Below are positions 19,861-29,117 of a stretch of DNA of 64,000 nt, piece after piece. The translations under genes and the position numbers were made by a program. The stretch's first letter is position 1. Each line of letters begins with the position of its first letter. The notes beneath the pieces were generated by a model, which had not been told where the DNA came from, made no database searches, and was given only the letters and a program-made list of their open reading frames with translations. This DNA comes from an uncultured Bacillota bacterium (GTDB taxonomy: Bacteria; Sysuimicrobiota; Sysuimicrobiia; Sysuimicrobiales; Segetimicrobiaceae). The stretch is taken from the NCBI GenBank assembly GCA_963804645.1, contig CAWDRG010000009.1:1056001-1120000 (forward strand). The letters run 5' to 3'.

Positions 19861-20724
19861 ATGCGGATTGAAATTGTGCTTGGCGGCGAAGTGTTTCATG
19901 CCACGCTGTTCACCGATTCAGCGCCAAAGACAGCAGGCGCGATGATCAAGGCGCTTCCATTTGAGGGGCGCGCCGTGCACGCGCAGCTCAGCGGCGAGAT
20001 GTTCCGGATGTTCGATCACGCCCCGATCGACGTCGAAGACACGGAGAACCGTGAGTCCTTTCAGTACCCCGGCGAGATCGTGTATTTTCCGCCCATCAAG
20101 GAGATCGCGATTGCGTATGGGGCGGCGCGTTTTCGGGGCACCGCGAGCCCGGTGTACTTGACGCCGCTCGGGGTGATCGATGAGCACGAGATTCCCCGGC
20201 TGGCAAAGGTGGCCGAGCGGTTGCAGTGGGACGGGGCCAAGCCGATCCAATTCCGCCGCGCACAAGGTGCGCCGGCAGCGCCCGCCGTCGAGGCAGCTGG
20301 GCGCCAGATCGTACTCGACATGGATGGGGCCTCGACCGTGGCGTCGCTCCTGGATCTCGCCCCTAAGACCGTTGAGGGGCTCTGGAACGTGCTTCCGCTC
20401 ACTGGACAGGTGACCAACACGACGTGGAGCGGCCAGATGCTGCGCTTCTGGGGCAGCGATGGCAAGCGCGGGGAAGTCCCCATGAAGATCGAGGCTCCGG
20501 AACACGGCGAGGTGCTGCACTGGCCGGGGTACGTGTACTACTACCCGGGGTTACGGGGCATTCGCCTGTGCTATGGACAGGGGCAGTATAGCGGCCCCAC
20601 GAGCGTGTTGACGCTGACGCCCCTCGCCAAGCTCACTGGCGACTGGAGTGCGTTCCGCAAGAAAGCCGCAGCGATCATGTTCGAAGGCGCGAAGACGATG
20701 ACGATACGTCGTAAGGAGGGATAG
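19861..20724 (+). CDS. Tandem DUF3830-like (cyclophilin-like fold) protein
   Basis: Two internal repeats (APKT..ALP..HAQLSGE..PGEIVYFP..IAYG and APKT..VLP..TWSGQ..PGYVYYYP..LCYG); GGAGG RBS. Confidence 0.75.
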   Translation: MRIEIVLGGEVFHATLFTDSAPKTAGAMIKALPFEGRAVHAQLSGEMFRMFDHAPIDVEDTENRESFQYPGEIVYFPPIKEIAIAYGAARFRGTASPVYLTPLGVIDEHEIPRLAKVAERLQWDGAKPIQFRRAQGAPAAPAVEAAGRQIVLDMDGASTVASLLDLAPKTVEGLWNVLPLTGQVTNTTWSGQMLRFWGSDGKRGEVPMKIEAPEHGEVLHWPGYVYYYPGLRGIRLCYGQGQYSGPTSVLTLTPLAKLTGDWSAFRKKAAAIMFEGAKTMTIRRKEG

Positions 20725-20726
20725 CC

Positions 20727-21137
20727 TTGGAATTGCAGTTGGAGCTCTCCGGGGTGACCGGCCGGGTCGCTCTGTTTGAAGACAAGGCGCCCCGGACGGT
20801 CCGGGCGCTGTGGGCGGCGCTGCCGATCGCCGATCGCGGTGTGCAGGTGAAATGGTCGGGCGACGCGTGGCGCACTGAGGGCGACTATGACATCGGCGTC
20901 ACCGAGGTGGAGAACGAGGGCCACGTGCTCGCTCCCGGGGACCTGATCTATTACCCTCGGATGAAGAAGATTGGGCTCGCCTACGGGCGCGCCGAGTGGC
21001 GGCATCCCGACCTGTCAATCGTGCTGCACGTGTCCGTGATCGGCAAGGTGACGACAAACCTCGACGCACTGATCCAGGCGAGCACGCGCGTCTGGATGGA
21101 GGGTGCCCAGCCCATTCGGTTGAGCCGTGTGGGTTAA
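20727..21137 (+). CDS. Single-domain DUF3830-like protein
   Basis: AAGGAGG RBS + TTG; APRT..ALP..KWSGD..PGDLIYYP..LAYG, homologous to both halves of the upstream gene. Confidence 0.75.
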   Translation: MELQLELSGVTGRVALFEDKAPRTVRALWAALPIADRGVQVKWSGDAWRTEGDYDIGVTEVENEGHVLAPGDLIYYPRMKKIGLAYGRAEWRHPDLSIVLHVSVIGKVTTNLDALIQASTRVWMEGAQPIRLSRVG

Positions 21138-21396
21138 CGGTCCGGTCTGACGCGGGAGGCGACAGTCCCCGCCGCTCACGGCTGCATCCCTGGGCGACGC
21201 TGTACGACAGCGGCGCCCAGAACCGTCTTCATCACCCGCGCTGCCCGGGGTTCAGCGCGCCCCGGATGCCGCAAGCCCGGCCTCGTCAAGAGTAGAAGAT
21301 CTGCCGCTCGTTGACGTGCGCGCAGCCGCTGGCCCCGACGCCGAGCGTCCCCAGCGGGCAGGTGTTTGCCGGTGGTGCCCTCCGCCTGCACGGACC

Positions 21397-22056
21397 CTAC
21401 ACGTCCCGAATGCGGACGCGGCGCAGCCACGCCTCGACCTGCGCGAGCGGACGGACCCGCGCGTACTTCTGCGCCATGTCAAACAGGTTCATCCGGTGGG
21501 GAGTGTCAGCGCGGTCGAATACGCATTCCTCCACGACGACCGTCCGGAACCGATAGTCATGCGCGTCGACCACGGAGGCCCGGACGCACCCGCTGGTCGT
21601 GCAGCCGGTGACCAGAACCGTGTCGACGCCAAGCCCGACGAGCTGCCCGGCGAGCGGAGTCCCGAAGAACGCGCTGGCCGCGGCCTTCTGATACACGGCC
21701 TCGCCGCGGCGGGGTGCGAGGGGATGGACGATCTCCGTGCCGATGCGGGCCTCATGCCGTGTGACGTCCGATGTCTTCGGAAACCCGCGTGTGTATATCA
21801 CGGGCACCCCGCGGCCCCGCGCGACGCGCAGCAGCCGCGCGATCTTGGGGATGCTGCGCCATGCCACCTCGCCGCAGCTGTTCCGAAATTTCGCGATGGA
21901 GGCGAGAATCGGCTCCGGCCGGTCCCCGGTGAAGTTGTACTCCATGTCGACGACCAGCACGGCGGGCCGCCGGCCTTCACGCGGCAAGCGCCCATAGCCG
22001 GCGCGTCTGTACACTTCGAGTTCGTCGGCCTCGATGAGTCCATCCCACGCCTGCAT
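21397..22056 (-). CDS. Isochorismatase-family cysteine hydrolase (maleamate/N-carbamoylsarcosine amidohydrolase-like)
   Basis: Asp-Lys-Cys triad: VVDME, YQKAAASAFFGT, GCTTSGCVRAS. Confidence 0.9.
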   Translation of the reverse strand: MQAWDGLIEADELEVYRRAGYGRLPREGRRPAVLVVDMEYNFTGDRPEPILASIAKFRNSCGEVAWRSIPKIARLLRVARGRGVPVIYTRGFPKTSDVTRHEARIGTEIVHPLAPRRGEAVYQKAAASAFFGTPLAGQLVGLGVDTVLVTGCTTSGCVRASVVDAHDYRFRTVVVEECVFDRADTPHRMNLFDMAQKYARVRPLAQVEAWLRRVRIRDV

Positions 22057-22110
22057 TTCGCGACTCCCCTCACGATCCGCTCGTTGGGTACGGTGTGCGC
22101 CCGCGACCCG

Positions 22111-22554
22111 TCAGCACGCTGCGGCCGCCACGGGCAGGCTCAGCGGGCCCGCGGCCGCGCGTCTCGCGCCGACGTCAATCACCTGCTGCTCGATCTTCGC
22201 GTAGAGCTGCTTCCGCACGTTGCGGTCGCAGGTGGAGTTGGCGTCGTCGAGCATCTTGTCCGTGACGTGGTCGTCCGACATCCATTCGACGAACTGATGC
22301 ATGCCGCTGCCGACCGGGTGCCGGCCGAGATCCTTCCCGTATTTCTGCCATGCCGCGGGGGACACGATGAAGCCCGGCCGCTCGACGAGTACCCCCATGA
22401 CGCCCGCGTACGGCCTTTTTAGATGAAAGACGACGGTCGTCGGCCCCTGCGCCTCGCAGCTGGCCAAAAACGGCGAGGGCTGCTTGCCCTGCGGCGAGTT
22501 GTTGGCCGGGTCTAGCATGAAGTCGATGTTCCACTTCACCCACGGATTGGTCAT
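22111..22554 (-). pseudogene. Internally deleted family-5 (peptide/nickel) ABC substrate-binding protein remnant
   Basis: Mid-protein motifs (TVVFHLKRP, HPVGSG..FVEW..DDHVT) fused directly to a C-terminal motif (DKMLDDA..RKQLYAKIEQ); no signal peptide. Confidence 0.75.
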
Positions 22555-22610
22555 GGGACATGCCTCGCGGGTCGATCGAATGTCCACGTGCATCGCGTTC
22601 CTCTCGGATG

Positions 22611-22619
22611 ATTATAACA
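22611..22619 (-). promoter_or_regulatory. Extended -10 promoter element
   Basis: TGtTATAAT on the minus strand, upstream of the SBP remnant and isochorismatase. Confidence 0.55.
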
Positions 22620-22879
22620 GGCGCCTCTTGGTACCATGCCCTGCGTGGCCTCCGATAGGTGCCCGGTTACCGCTTTTGAAAAGTAGTTGCAAAGTTCCGC
22701 GGCGGGCACACCAGGATCTGGCGTACTTCGCCGGTCGATACGCCCGCATGTCGTTGAGTTCGATGTTCGGCTTACACGTCCGTGAGAGCAAACTCTGGAA
22801 CGGCGTATATCCGACGCGGTCGCTGGGACAACGGTGTGCATCGGTGTCCCCACCTGCCGGCCGCCGCGCCGTGCGCGCG

Positions 22880-23980
22880 TCAGTCGCCCAGGAGGACCGC
22901 GGACAGGGCGTCGACGAACCGGGCGTTCTCGGCGGGCGTGCCGATCGTGATGCGCGCCCAGGTCGGCAGCCGCCAAAGGCGGCCGGGCCGGATGATGACG
23001 CCGCGCGGGAGGAGACGCGTCGCGACATCGGCGGCGGGCTGCCCCAGATTCACGAGGATGAAGTTTGCCTGGGTCGGCAGATGCTCGAGGTCCATCTCGG
23101 TGAACGCCCGCGCGAGGAACGCCTTCCCGGTCCGGTTATTCTCGAAGGCGGCGTGCCGGTACGCGTCGTCCTCAAGAACCGCCAGCGCGCCCGCCTGCGC
23201 GAGCCGGTCGACCGCGAACGGCTCCCGCACCTGGTTCATCGACGCGATGAGCTCCGGATCGGCGATTGCGTAGCCGACGCGCAGGCCGGCGAGCCCGTAG
23301 ATCTTCGAAAACGTCCTGAGCACAATGAGATTGCGGTGGCGGCGCACCAGCGCCACCGCGTCGGGGAACGCGGGGTCGTCCGCCCACTCCCCGTAGGCCT
23401 CGTCCATCACGACGAGCGTGTCGTCGGAGACGCGCGCCAGCAGCGTCTCGGCCTCGGCGTGCGTGATGATCGAGCCGGTCGGATTATTCGGGTTGCAGAC
23501 GATCACGGCCTTCGCGCCGTCGGACGCGTCCGCCATCGCCCCGACGTCGAACCGCCAGCCCGCGAGCGGCACCTCGATCGGGATCGCGTCGAGCAGCAGC
23601 GCGAGCGCCGCGTACGCCGTGTACGTCGGCGCGCCGATCACCACCCGGTCACCGGCGTCCAGACACGCGAGCCCCAGGCACGTCAGCACGTTGTCGACGC
23701 CGTTCGCGAAGAAGAGATGTGAGGGGGTCACGCCGAGCCGCGCGGCGACGGCCCCGCGCAGCTCCGTGCATTCGGGATCGGGGTAGTGGTGGATCCGGTC
23801 GATCGCGTCCACGAGGGCCTGTCTGACGCGCGGCGAGACGCCGAGCGGGTTTTCGTTGCTGCCGAGCTTCACGACGTCGGCGAGATGGTAGCGTGCCTTA
23901 ATGTCCTCGGCGGAGAGCCCGGGGATGTACGGCTCGATCGCCGCGAGGGCCTTGCGCGCGAACGGACGCGGCTTGCTCAC
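22880..23980 (-). CDS. hisC: Histidinol-phosphate aminotransferase
   Basis: KLGSNENPLG, YPD, CNPNNPTG, DEAY, RTFSKIYGLAGLRVGY, RITIG; GGAAGGAG RBS before GTG. Confidence 0.92.
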   Translation of the reverse strand: MSKPRPFARKALAAIEPYIPGLSAEDIKARYHLADVVKLGSNENPLGVSPRVRQALVDAIDRIHHYPDPECTELRGAVAARLGVTPSHLFFANGVDNVLTCLGLACLDAGDRVVIGAPTYTAYAALALLLDAIPIEVPLAGWRFDVGAMADASDGAKAVIVCNPNNPTGSIITHAEAETLLARVSDDTLVVMDEAYGEWADDPAFPDAVALVRRHRNLIVLRTFSKIYGLAGLRVGYAIADPELIASMNQVREPFAVDRLAQAGALAVLEDDAYRHAAFENNRTGKAFLARAFTEMDLEHLPTQANFILVNLGQPAADVATRLLPRGVIIRPGRLWRLPTWARITIGTPAENARFVDALSAVLLGD

Positions 23981-24102
23981 GCGTGCTGACTCCTTCCGTG
24001 TGGTCCGTGGTCGTGGGCCGCGGCCGGCGATCTCGTGCGCTGGCGGTGAGGCCGCGCGTTCAGGGTACCGAGAAACTGCCCCCGGTGTCCAGGCCCCGCC
24101 GG

Positions 24103-24633
24103 TCAGCGCGTCCGCGCGCGCGTGACGCCGTTCACCACGAGCTCGGCGTACCGCCGCAGAGCCGCGGCGCCCGCCGTGCTCGTCAGTCCCGCGTGCGCCG
24201 CCCACTCGCGCAGCCGCTTGTCGGTCACCGATGCCACGGCGCTGGCGTACGCGGATGCGGGTTCGGCGACGCGGCCTCCGGGCGCGTGCGCCGCGGGATA
24301 GGCCAGGCGCCGGTCGAGCGCCCGAAGGAGGCGCCGGTGCTCGGCGCTGATCTCCCGCGCGGCGGCGGGCCGGGTGGGCTCGGGGGCCCGCGGGCGCCGG
24401 ACGCCCGCGGGATGGCCGAGGAGCGCGTCGAGCGGGACTCTCAGGACGTCGGACAGACGGACGAGGTCGGACAGGGGGATTCGCCGCTGGCCCATCTCGT
24501 AGCGGTCGATCGCGCTCGGGGAGCGGTCGAGCCGTGCGCCGAGCGCCGCCTGCGAGAGACCGGCGGCCTCCCTCAGCGCCCGCATCCGCTTTCCGAGCCG
24601 CGCATAGTACTGCTGGGATGAGGTCGTTGACAT
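24103..24633 (-). CDS. XRE-family HTH transcriptional regulator
   Basis: LGKRMRALREAAGLSQAALGARLDRSPSAIDRYEMGQRRI. Confidence 0.9.
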   Translation of the reverse strand: MSTTSSQQYYARLGKRMRALREAAGLSQAALGARLDRSPSAIDRYEMGQRRIPLSDLVRLSDVLRVPLDALLGHPAGVRRPRAPEPTRPAAAREISAEHRRLLRALDRRLAYPAAHAPGGRVAEPASAYASAVASVTDKRLREWAAHAGLTSTAGAAALRRYAELVVNGVTRARTR

Positions 24634-24745
24634 TTTGTCACGAGGAACATACCAAACTATTCAGACTATTGCAAGACATCCGTCAGACTGTTCAATGACA
24701 AATTGGTGAGAATGGATTGACAAATCGTCAAGTCATCGCTACGCT
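24628..24745. promoter_or_regulatory. Divergent promoters with candidate TGACA-N3-TGTCA operators between the two XRE genes
   Basis: Leftward TTGCAA(24669-74)-N17-TATGTT(24646-51) with a TG extension; rightward TTGACA(24717-22)-N17-TACGCT(24740-45); palindromes TGACAtttTGTCA at 24628-40 and TGACAaatCGTCA at 24718-30. Confidence 0.7.
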
Positions 24746-24788
24746 GGGCCCAGCCGGAACGGCCCGTACCATCGCGGGGAGCGCGCGA

Positions 24789-25238
24789 ATGCGAGTGCGT
24801 CTCAAGCGTGCAGCAGTCGAGATCGTCCTGGTGCGCCGCAACCTGACCAAGACCGCGCTCGCCCTCCATGCGGGGCTCCACCGGACGCACCTGTCCGACC
24901 TGCTCGCGGGGCGCACCGCCCCCGGGCCGCAGACGCGGCGCCGCTTGCTCGAAATTCTGGGCGGTGAGTTTGACGACTACTTCGAGATCGAGGAGCGGCG
25001 CGGCCGGGCGTCGGACGAGGAGCGGGTGCTGGCGGCGCTGGAGTTCCGCCGCGGGCAGGCCGGCGCGGCGGCGGCTGAGGCCCTGCGCCGTCTCATGTCG
25101 CTGTGCGGCGCGCTGCGGGCCGGGGTCCGGCTGGAAGCGGCCGACCGCGTGTGGATCGAGAGTGAGTGGAAGCACGCGCAGGCGGGACGGCGGACCGCGG
25201 TGGCAGGCCGGCGGGGGGCCCCGCGGCGGGCGAGGTAG
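24789..25238 (+). CDS. XRE/Cro-like HTH protein with C-terminal helical extension
   Basis: RRNLTKTALALHAGLHRTHLSDLLAGRTAPG..RRRLLEIL; GGGGAG RBS before ATG 24789. Confidence 0.8.
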   Translation: MRVRLKRAAVEIVLVRRNLTKTALALHAGLHRTHLSDLLAGRTAPGPQTRRRLLEILGGEFDDYFEIEERRGRASDEERVLAALEFRRGQAGAAAAEALRRLMSLCGALRAGVRLEAADRVWIESEWKHAQAGRRTAVAGRRGAPRRAR

Positions 25239-25243
25239 TGCCG

Positions 25244-26197
25244 TCAGTCCGGGGAGACGCCGGACTCGAGGATGGTGACGATGCCCTGGGTGGCGTCGAG
25301 GCGCGCCCGCACCCCGACCGGCAGGGTGAGATGGTACGCGCCGTGTCCGCAGGCGAGACCGTAGATCGCCGGTTTGCCGAGTGGGACGATGCAGTCGTCC
25401 AGGATCTCGCGCAGCGCTAGGCTCGGCCCCGATTCCGCGGGATAGCGGCACTCGCCGATGATGATCCCGGTCACCTGCTCGAACACGCCCGCGAGCCGCA
25501 GGTGCGCGAGCTTGCGGTCGAGCCGGTAGAGCCGGTCGCCCAGGTCCTCGAGGAACAGAAGCCGTCCCCGAAACTCCGGTTGGTACGGCGTGCCGAGCAG
25601 CGCCGTCAGCAGCGCCGCGTTGCCCCCGATCAGCTCTCCCTCGGCCTCGCCCGCGACCAGCGTCTCGATCTGGGGCGCGCCCGGCGGATTGGCGAGCGCG
25701 CCGAGCGGCTCGGGCCGCGCGACCGCCCGGAGGCACTCGAGGAAATCGTGCGGGTCCGGTTGGGACAGCGCGGTCGTCATCGGTCCGTGGAACGTGACCA
25801 CGTGGCAGTGTGTGTGCAGGGCCAAGTGGAGCGCCGTGATGTCGCTGTATCCAATGAAGACTTTGGGATGGGCGCGGATCAGGTCGTAGTCGAGCGCGTC
25901 GAGCAGGCGGTGCGCGCCGTAGCCTCCGCGGATGCACAGGACCGCGTCCACGGAAGGATCGCCGAACATCACATGGAGATCCGCGACACGGCCGGCGTCG
26001 CTGCCGGCCAGATAACCCCGCGCGTCGAGCGCGTGCTCGGCGATGACGGTGCGGAATCCCACGCTGAGCAGGCGCCGCCGCGCGGCCTCGATGTGCTGCG
26101 GGGTGGTCGCCCCCGCGGCCGTCGTCGGGCCCGAGGGCGAGACGAGCCCGATCGTGTCGCCCGGAACGAGGCGCTTGGGCTTGCGAAGTGCGGGCAT
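25244..26197 (-). CDS. LD-carboxypeptidase (peptidase S66)
   Basis: IGLVSPSG, RGGYG, IGYSDIT (catalytic Ser), HGP, GGN, LFLED, CGH. Confidence 0.92.
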   Translation of the reverse strand: MPALRKPKRLVPGDTIGLVSPSGPTTAAGATTPQHIEAARRRLLSVGFRTVIAEHALDARGYLAGSDAGRVADLHVMFGDPSVDAVLCIRGGYGAHRLLDALDYDLIRAHPKVFIGYSDITALHLALHTHCHVVTFHGPMTTALSQPDPHDFLECLRAVARPEPLGALANPPGAPQIETLVAGEAEGELIGGNAALLTALLGTPYQPEFRGRLLFLEDLGDRLYRLDRKLAHLRLAGVFEQVTGIIIGECRYPAESGPSLALREILDDCIVPLGKPAIYGLACGHGAYHLTLPVGVRARLDATQGIVTILESGVSPD

Positions 26198-26351
26198 GCC
26201 GGGTGTTTCGCGGGCAGCATCCCCGCATCCTCGCTGCTCTCCGAGTGGGGCCGCGAGCTGATACGCTTGAGAGGCGTCCGTGGTGCACGATAACGTATGG
26301 ACCGCGCGCTCCACGGCGCGGTGCAGATGGTATTGGCGTGGCTATCGCGAA

Positions 26352-26386
26352 CACCCGAGCCTAGCGGTGCCCGAGGTGCTCGGGTG
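26352..26386 (+). promoter_or_regulatory. Inverted repeat immediately upstream of the Liv-type SBP RBS
   Basis: CACCCGAGC-N17-GCTCGGGTG, ending a few nt before AAAGGAGG. Confidence 0.4.
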
Positions 26387-26404
26387 GACCAAAGGAGGAT
26401 GTTG

Positions 26405-27607
26405 ATGTTCAGACGTGTCGGCGTGGCTATCGTGGTCGTCGTTGCGGTGGGGCTGATGGGATGGGGGCGCCTCGGAGTCGGTCGGGCGGCGGTGCCGGCG
26501 CCGGGGTCGAGACCGGCGGTCCAGGTGGGGATGGTGTACTCACAGACCGGTGCGCTGTCCGGCTACGGCGCGCAGTTTCGCGAGGGCTTCGAGGTGGGTC
26601 TTGCGTATGCGACGTACGGCACCGGAGCCGTCGGCGGACACAAGATCAATGTCACCTGGAACGATGACGCCGGCGATCCGGCCAAGGCGGTCTCGGAGGC
26701 GAAGGATCTGATCGGGCAGGGCGTTAAGGTGCTGTCCGGTCCCGTGAGCTCCGCCGTGGCGCTTCAGGTAGCGCCGCTCGCCGCCCAGAACCACGTGCTG
26801 CTGATCTCCGGCCCCGCGGCCGCCGACGCGGTCACGGGCGTCAACCGCTACACGTTTCGCTCGGGACGGCAGACCTACCAGGACATCCTGACGGCGAAGT
26901 CGTTCGTCGGCGATCTGCGCGGCAAGAAGGTCATGGTCTTCGCGCAGGACTACGCATTCGGTCAGGCGAACGTGGCCGCGGTTCGCACGGTGCTCGGCGG
27001 CGAGGGCGCGCAGGTGAGCCAAGTGCTCGTGCCGCTGAGCGCCAACGACTTTACGCCGTTCGCGCTGCAGGTCACGCAGGCCAAGCCCGATCTGCTGTTC
27101 GTCGCGTGGGCCGGCAGCACCGCGACGGCGATGTGGCAGACGCTCGACCAGCAGGGCGTGTTCTCGGCCACGACCGTGATCACGGGACTCGACCAGCGGT
27201 CGACGTACGCGACCTTCGGGCCGGTGGCCGCGAAGATCGGCTTCCTCTCTCATTACGTCTATCAGGCGCCGCGCAACGGAGTCAACACGTATTTGGTCGA
27301 TGCGCTCAAGAAGAAGGGCGCCGTGCCGGATCTGTTTGACCCCGACGGGTTCGTCGCCGCGCAGATGATCGCGCACGCGGTGCAGATCGCCGACGGCGAC
27401 GACGTCGACAAGATGATCGCGGCGCTCGAGGGATGGAGCTTCGTCGGCCCCAAAGGGGAGCAGTTGGTCCGGGCCGCCGACCACGCCATGCTGCAGCCGA
27501 TGTTTCAGGTGAAACTGGTGAGCGCGGGCGCCGGGTTTGAGCCGCAGCCGGTGAAGACGCTGCTGCTGCAGGACGTGGTGCCTCCGGTTACGCCCTTCAA
27601 GCCCTGA
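26405..27607 (+). CDS. Liv/HAAT-family ABC substrate-binding protein
   Basis: Signal peptide; SQTGALSGYG, DDAGDPAKA, GPVSSAVA, RYTFR, QDYAFG. Confidence 0.9.
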   Translation: MFRRVGVAIVVVVAVGLMGWGRLGVGRAAVPAPGSRPAVQVGMVYSQTGALSGYGAQFREGFEVGLAYATYGTGAVGGHKINVTWNDDAGDPAKAVSEAKDLIGQGVKVLSGPVSSAVALQVAPLAAQNHVLLISGPAAADAVTGVNRYTFRSGRQTYQDILTAKSFVGDLRGKKVMVFAQDYAFGQANVAAVRTVLGGEGAQVSQVLVPLSANDFTPFALQVTQAKPDLLFVAWAGSTATAMWQTLDQQGVFSATTVITGLDQRSTYATFGPVAAKIGFLSHYVYQAPRNGVNTYLVDALKKKGAVPDLFDPDGFVAAQMIAHAVQIADGDDVDKMIAALEGWSFVGPKGEQLVRAADHAMLQPMFQVKLVSAGAGFEPQPVKTLLLQDVVPPVTPFKP

Positions 27608-27612
27608 GCGAG

Positions 27613-28410
27613 GTGTCCGTCCCGCCGCGCCCGGATGACGGGGGCGCCGCCGCGACGGCGGCGGCGCCGGTCCTGCGGACCGAGCATCTCCGCTTCCATA
27701 TCGGCGGCGTCATGATCGTGGACGGCGTGTCGCTCGACGTCCGGGCGGGCGAGTTGGTGTCTGTGATCGGGCCGAACGGCGCGGGCAAGACGTCGTTCTT
27801 CAACCTGCTCTCGGGACTCTACCGGCCGACCGGCGGCCGGATCGAGCTGGCCGGCCGGGACGTGACCGGCGCGCCGCCGCCGGATCGGGCGCGCGCCGGG
27901 TTGGGCCGGAGTTTTCAGACGGCCAGCGTGTTTCCGGGGCTCAGCGCGTTCGAGAACGTGCGCCTCGCCGTGCAGCTGCGGAGCGGCGGCGGTCCGCCGT
28001 TCCGTCGGCGGCGCGCCGACCGTGAGGAAGCCGCCCAGGCGCACGACGCGCTCGGGCAGGTCGGCCTCGCGGGGCGCGGCGGCGACCGGGTCGGGACGCT
28101 CAGCCACGCCGACCGGCGGAAGGTTGAGCTCGCGATGCTGGTGGCCGCGCGGTTCGACGTGCTGCTGCTCGACGAGCCGACCGCCGGGCTGAGCGTAGAA
28201 GAGATCCCGATGGTGCTGGCCGTCATCAGAGCCGTCCACCGCGACCGGGGCACGACCGTGCTCATGGTCGAGCACCGGATGGACGTCGTCGGCGAGCTCT
28301 CCGACCGGATCGCGGTGATGCATCACGGCCGGCTGCTGAGCTATGGCCCGCCCGCTGAGGTCATGGCCGATCCCGCGGTCCGGGAGGCGTACCTCGGAGC
28401 CGCGCCGTGA
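27613..28410 (+). CDS. Liv-type ABC ATP-binding protein (LivG-like)
   Basis: GPNGAGKT, GRSFQ, LLLDEPTAG, VEHRMD, VREAYLG. Confidence 0.93.
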   Translation: MSVPPRPDDGGAAATAAAPVLRTEHLRFHIGGVMIVDGVSLDVRAGELVSVIGPNGAGKTSFFNLLSGLYRPTGGRIELAGRDVTGAPPPDRARAGLGRSFQTASVFPGLSAFENVRLAVQLRSGGGPPFRRRRADREEAAQAHDALGQVGLAGRGGDRVGTLSHADRRKVELAMLVAARFDVLLLDEPTAGLSVEEIPMVLAVIRAVHRDRGTTVLMVEHRMDVVGELSDRIAVMHHGRLLSYGPPAEVMADPAVREAYLGAAP

Positions 28411-29117
28411 CGGCGCTGCTCGAGGTGCGCGGTCTTCGCGTCGCGCTCGGCGGATCGCGCATTCTCGATGACGTCAGCTTCACCGTGCCCGAAGGCGGCG
28501 TGACGGCGCTGCTCGGCCGCAACGGCGCGGGCAAGACCACGACCCTGCGGGCGATCCTGGGGCTCGTCCCGCGGTCCGGGCAGGTCGTCCTCGCCGGTCA
28601 GGACGTGGGCCGGCTCGCCGCGCACGAGGTCGTCCGGCGAGGGATCGGGTACGTGCCGGAGAACCGGGACGTATTCAGCGGGCTCACGGTGGCCGAGAAT
28701 CTTCGGCTCGCCGAGCGCATGCCGCAGCCGCGCTACGGTCTCGTCTACGAGCTCTTCCCGGAGCTGCGCGATCGCGCCGGGCAGCGGGGCGGCACCCTCT
28801 CCGGGGGCCAGCAGCAGATGGTGGCGATTGCCCGCGCGCTCCTGAATCCGAATCGCATCCTGCTGGTCGACGAGCCGACCAAGGGGCTGGCCCCGATGGT
28901 GGTCAGGCGCGTGATCGAGGTGCTGGCCGAGGCGGCCCGGAACGTGACGGTCCTGCTCGTCGAGCAGAATCTGGAGGCGGCCCGGGGACTCGCCCGGCAC
29001 GCGATCGTGCTCGATCATGGGACGACCGCGTACGCGGGTCCGTTCGCCGCGCTGGCCGGCGACGCCGAACGCATCCACCGGCATCTCGGCGTGGCGCTCG
29101 CACCGGCGGACCCATGA
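28407..29117 (+). CDS. Liv-type ABC ATP-binding protein (LivF-like)
   Basis: GRNGAGKT, YVPENR, LSGGQQQM, DEPTKGLAP, VEQN. Confidence 0.93.
   Translation: MTALLEVRGLRVALGGSRILDDVSFTVPEGGVTALLGRNGAGKTTTLRAILGLVPRSGQVVLAGQDVGRLAAHEVVRRGIGYVPENRDVFSGLTVAENLRLAERMPQPRYGLVYELFPELRDRAGQRGGTLSGGQQQMVAIARALLNPNRILLVDEPTKGLAPMVVRRVIEVLAEAARNVTVLLVEQNLEAARGLARHAIVLDHGTTAYAGPFAALAGDAERIHRHLGVALAPADP

Noticed and set aside
21176..21430. Small gene downstream of the isochorismatase
   Set aside because: No recognisable motif or consistent frame; possibly a decayed remnant
22620..22870. Gene or ncRNA in the lower-GC spacer
   Set aside because: No convincing start, motif or structure
24103..25238. Prophage
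   Set aside because: No integrase, replication, structural or lysis genes are nearby
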